A stretch of 64,000 nucleotides of DNA, from the NCBI GenBank assembly GCA_012338575.1, contig GCA_012338575.1_3616.1; one strand, given 5' to 3'. A program made the translations under genes and the position numbers. Within the stretch, counting starts at the first letter, position 1. Every line of letters begins with the position of its first letter. The stretch comes from a phage. Of this stretch, positions 63,249 to 64,000 are shown in pieces. Under the pieces are notes generated by a model. It was given only the letters and a program-made list of their open reading frames with translations, searched no databases and was not told the origin of the DNA.

Positions 63249-64000
63249 GTGAAGAGAGCCGTATATCCAGTTGAGTATGATCCTCTATTAAGAGTTTTCA
63301 ACAATCAGTTAAGTTTTTATCAATTTTTAGCACAATATAACCCAGAAATCAATGTTGGTTTATCAGCCCTGCTGCCACCAACAGAATTCGTTATCGGCAG
63401 TGTTCACTATCCATGTAGAACGATTGTAGACTTCTTCGAGAAGATTGCAAAACACACAGGTCTGCCAATTGATACTGGTATTTCAACTATCCGTATGGGT
63501 GTTATTCTTCTGTTCTTCACAGAGAACCTTGATGAAAGCACTTTAACACTACAAAGCGGGGATGTCAATATCACACTCACCCCGTCGGTGTTTAAAGAGG
63601 TAGATGCTGCTTTCCAAGTTTCCGTGGCAGAGGGCCATTTATGGGACCCTGTAGGGATGCCTAAAAAAGTGACCATAAACGATGAGCAATGCAACATTGT
63701 TTATGAAGAAGATACCCAAACTTTCACCATTGAGTGGCCTAAGAAACGTTCTCAGGTTGTAAATCTTGGGCTGGTCTCTACGATAGCTCCACCGCCTGAA
63801 CCAGAGCCGGAGCCGCCTGTAGGTCCTACTGAACCTGGTGGTGACGGTGAAGTTACTGTAGCAGATCCTCAAGATGTGACTGTATCCTCTTCCTCATTTG
63901 TAGCCATTGAGAATAAGGATGAAATCCTTAAACAGGCTGCAGCTCTTAACAACGAAGATGACAAAAGTGGTTCAAAAGATGCACTCCAAACCTTCGCTAA
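63249..64000 (+). CDS. structural-module protein, 3'-truncated by window end (GTG start)
   Basis: Open frame from GTG 63249 after AGGAG to window end (over 250 codons), absent from ORF track because it has no stop; Pro/Glu-rich linker PPPEPEPEPPVGPTEPGG. Confidence 0.55.
   Translation, partial: MKRAVYPVEYDPLLRVFNNQLSFYQFLAQYNPEINVGLSALLPPTEFVIGSVHYPCRTIVDFFEKIAKHTGLPIDTGISTIRMGVILLFFTENLDESTLTLQSGDVNITLTPSVFKEVDAAFQVSVAEGHLWDPVGMPKKVTINDEQCNIVYEEDTQTFTIEWPKKRSQVVNLGLVSTIAPPPEPEPEPPVGPTEPGGDGEVTVADPQDVTVSSSSFVAIENKDEILKQAAALNNEDDKSGSKDALQTFA

Overview
This 64-kb window reads as a contiguous slice of a large virulent tailed-phage genome (Caudoviricetes), probably from an enterobacterial-type host (sigma70-consensus promoters, E. 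coli-like Shine-Dalgarno (SD) sequences, lambda R-like lysozyme, Rz/Rz1-type spanins). All protein-family calls are from motif reading and recalled reference sequences; no database search was run. Layout: (1) 1-9.7 kb: about 30 small rightward early genes, each with a TTGACA-type promoter, a GC hairpin in the 5' leader and a uniform ACAAAGAGG-type ribosome binding site. (2) 9.7-12.2 kb: gene-free, repeat-rich region (iteron-like motifs, a large palindrome). (3) 12.2-50.7 kb: one long leftward block with about 40 small unknown genes (including a multi-copy paralogous family and a ribosome hibernation factor homolog), then DNA methyltransferases, a ClpP-like protease, PhoH, a full aerobic plus anaerobic ribonucleotide reductase set (nrdA, nrdB, glutaredoxin, nrdD, nrdG), a ThyX-like protein, dNMP kinase, nucleases/resolvases, a flap endonuclease, endolysin, DNA ligase, a Sir2-like protein and an RNA-ligase-like protein. 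(4) 50.7-54.6 kb rightward: P-loop kinase and metallophosphoesterase, an HTH protein, and repeat-bearing or GC-rich structured non-coding DNA. (5) 54.6-55.6 kb: tRNA cluster (Arg, Tyr, Ser, Thr, Met, Pro plus one aberrant tRNA-like element). (6) 56-64 kb: spanins, terminase large subunit, portal, scaffold, decoration and major capsid genes. The strongest findings are two ORF-less group I introns (in nrdD and in the terminase large subunit), a free-standing homing-endonuclease-like gene inside the nrd operon, and a Pnkp-like RNA repair gene set (ligase, kinase, phosphoesterase) next to the Sir2-like gene. No CRISPR array, rRNA, integrase or small terminase subunit was recognised; DNA polymerase, helicase and tail genes lie outside the window.
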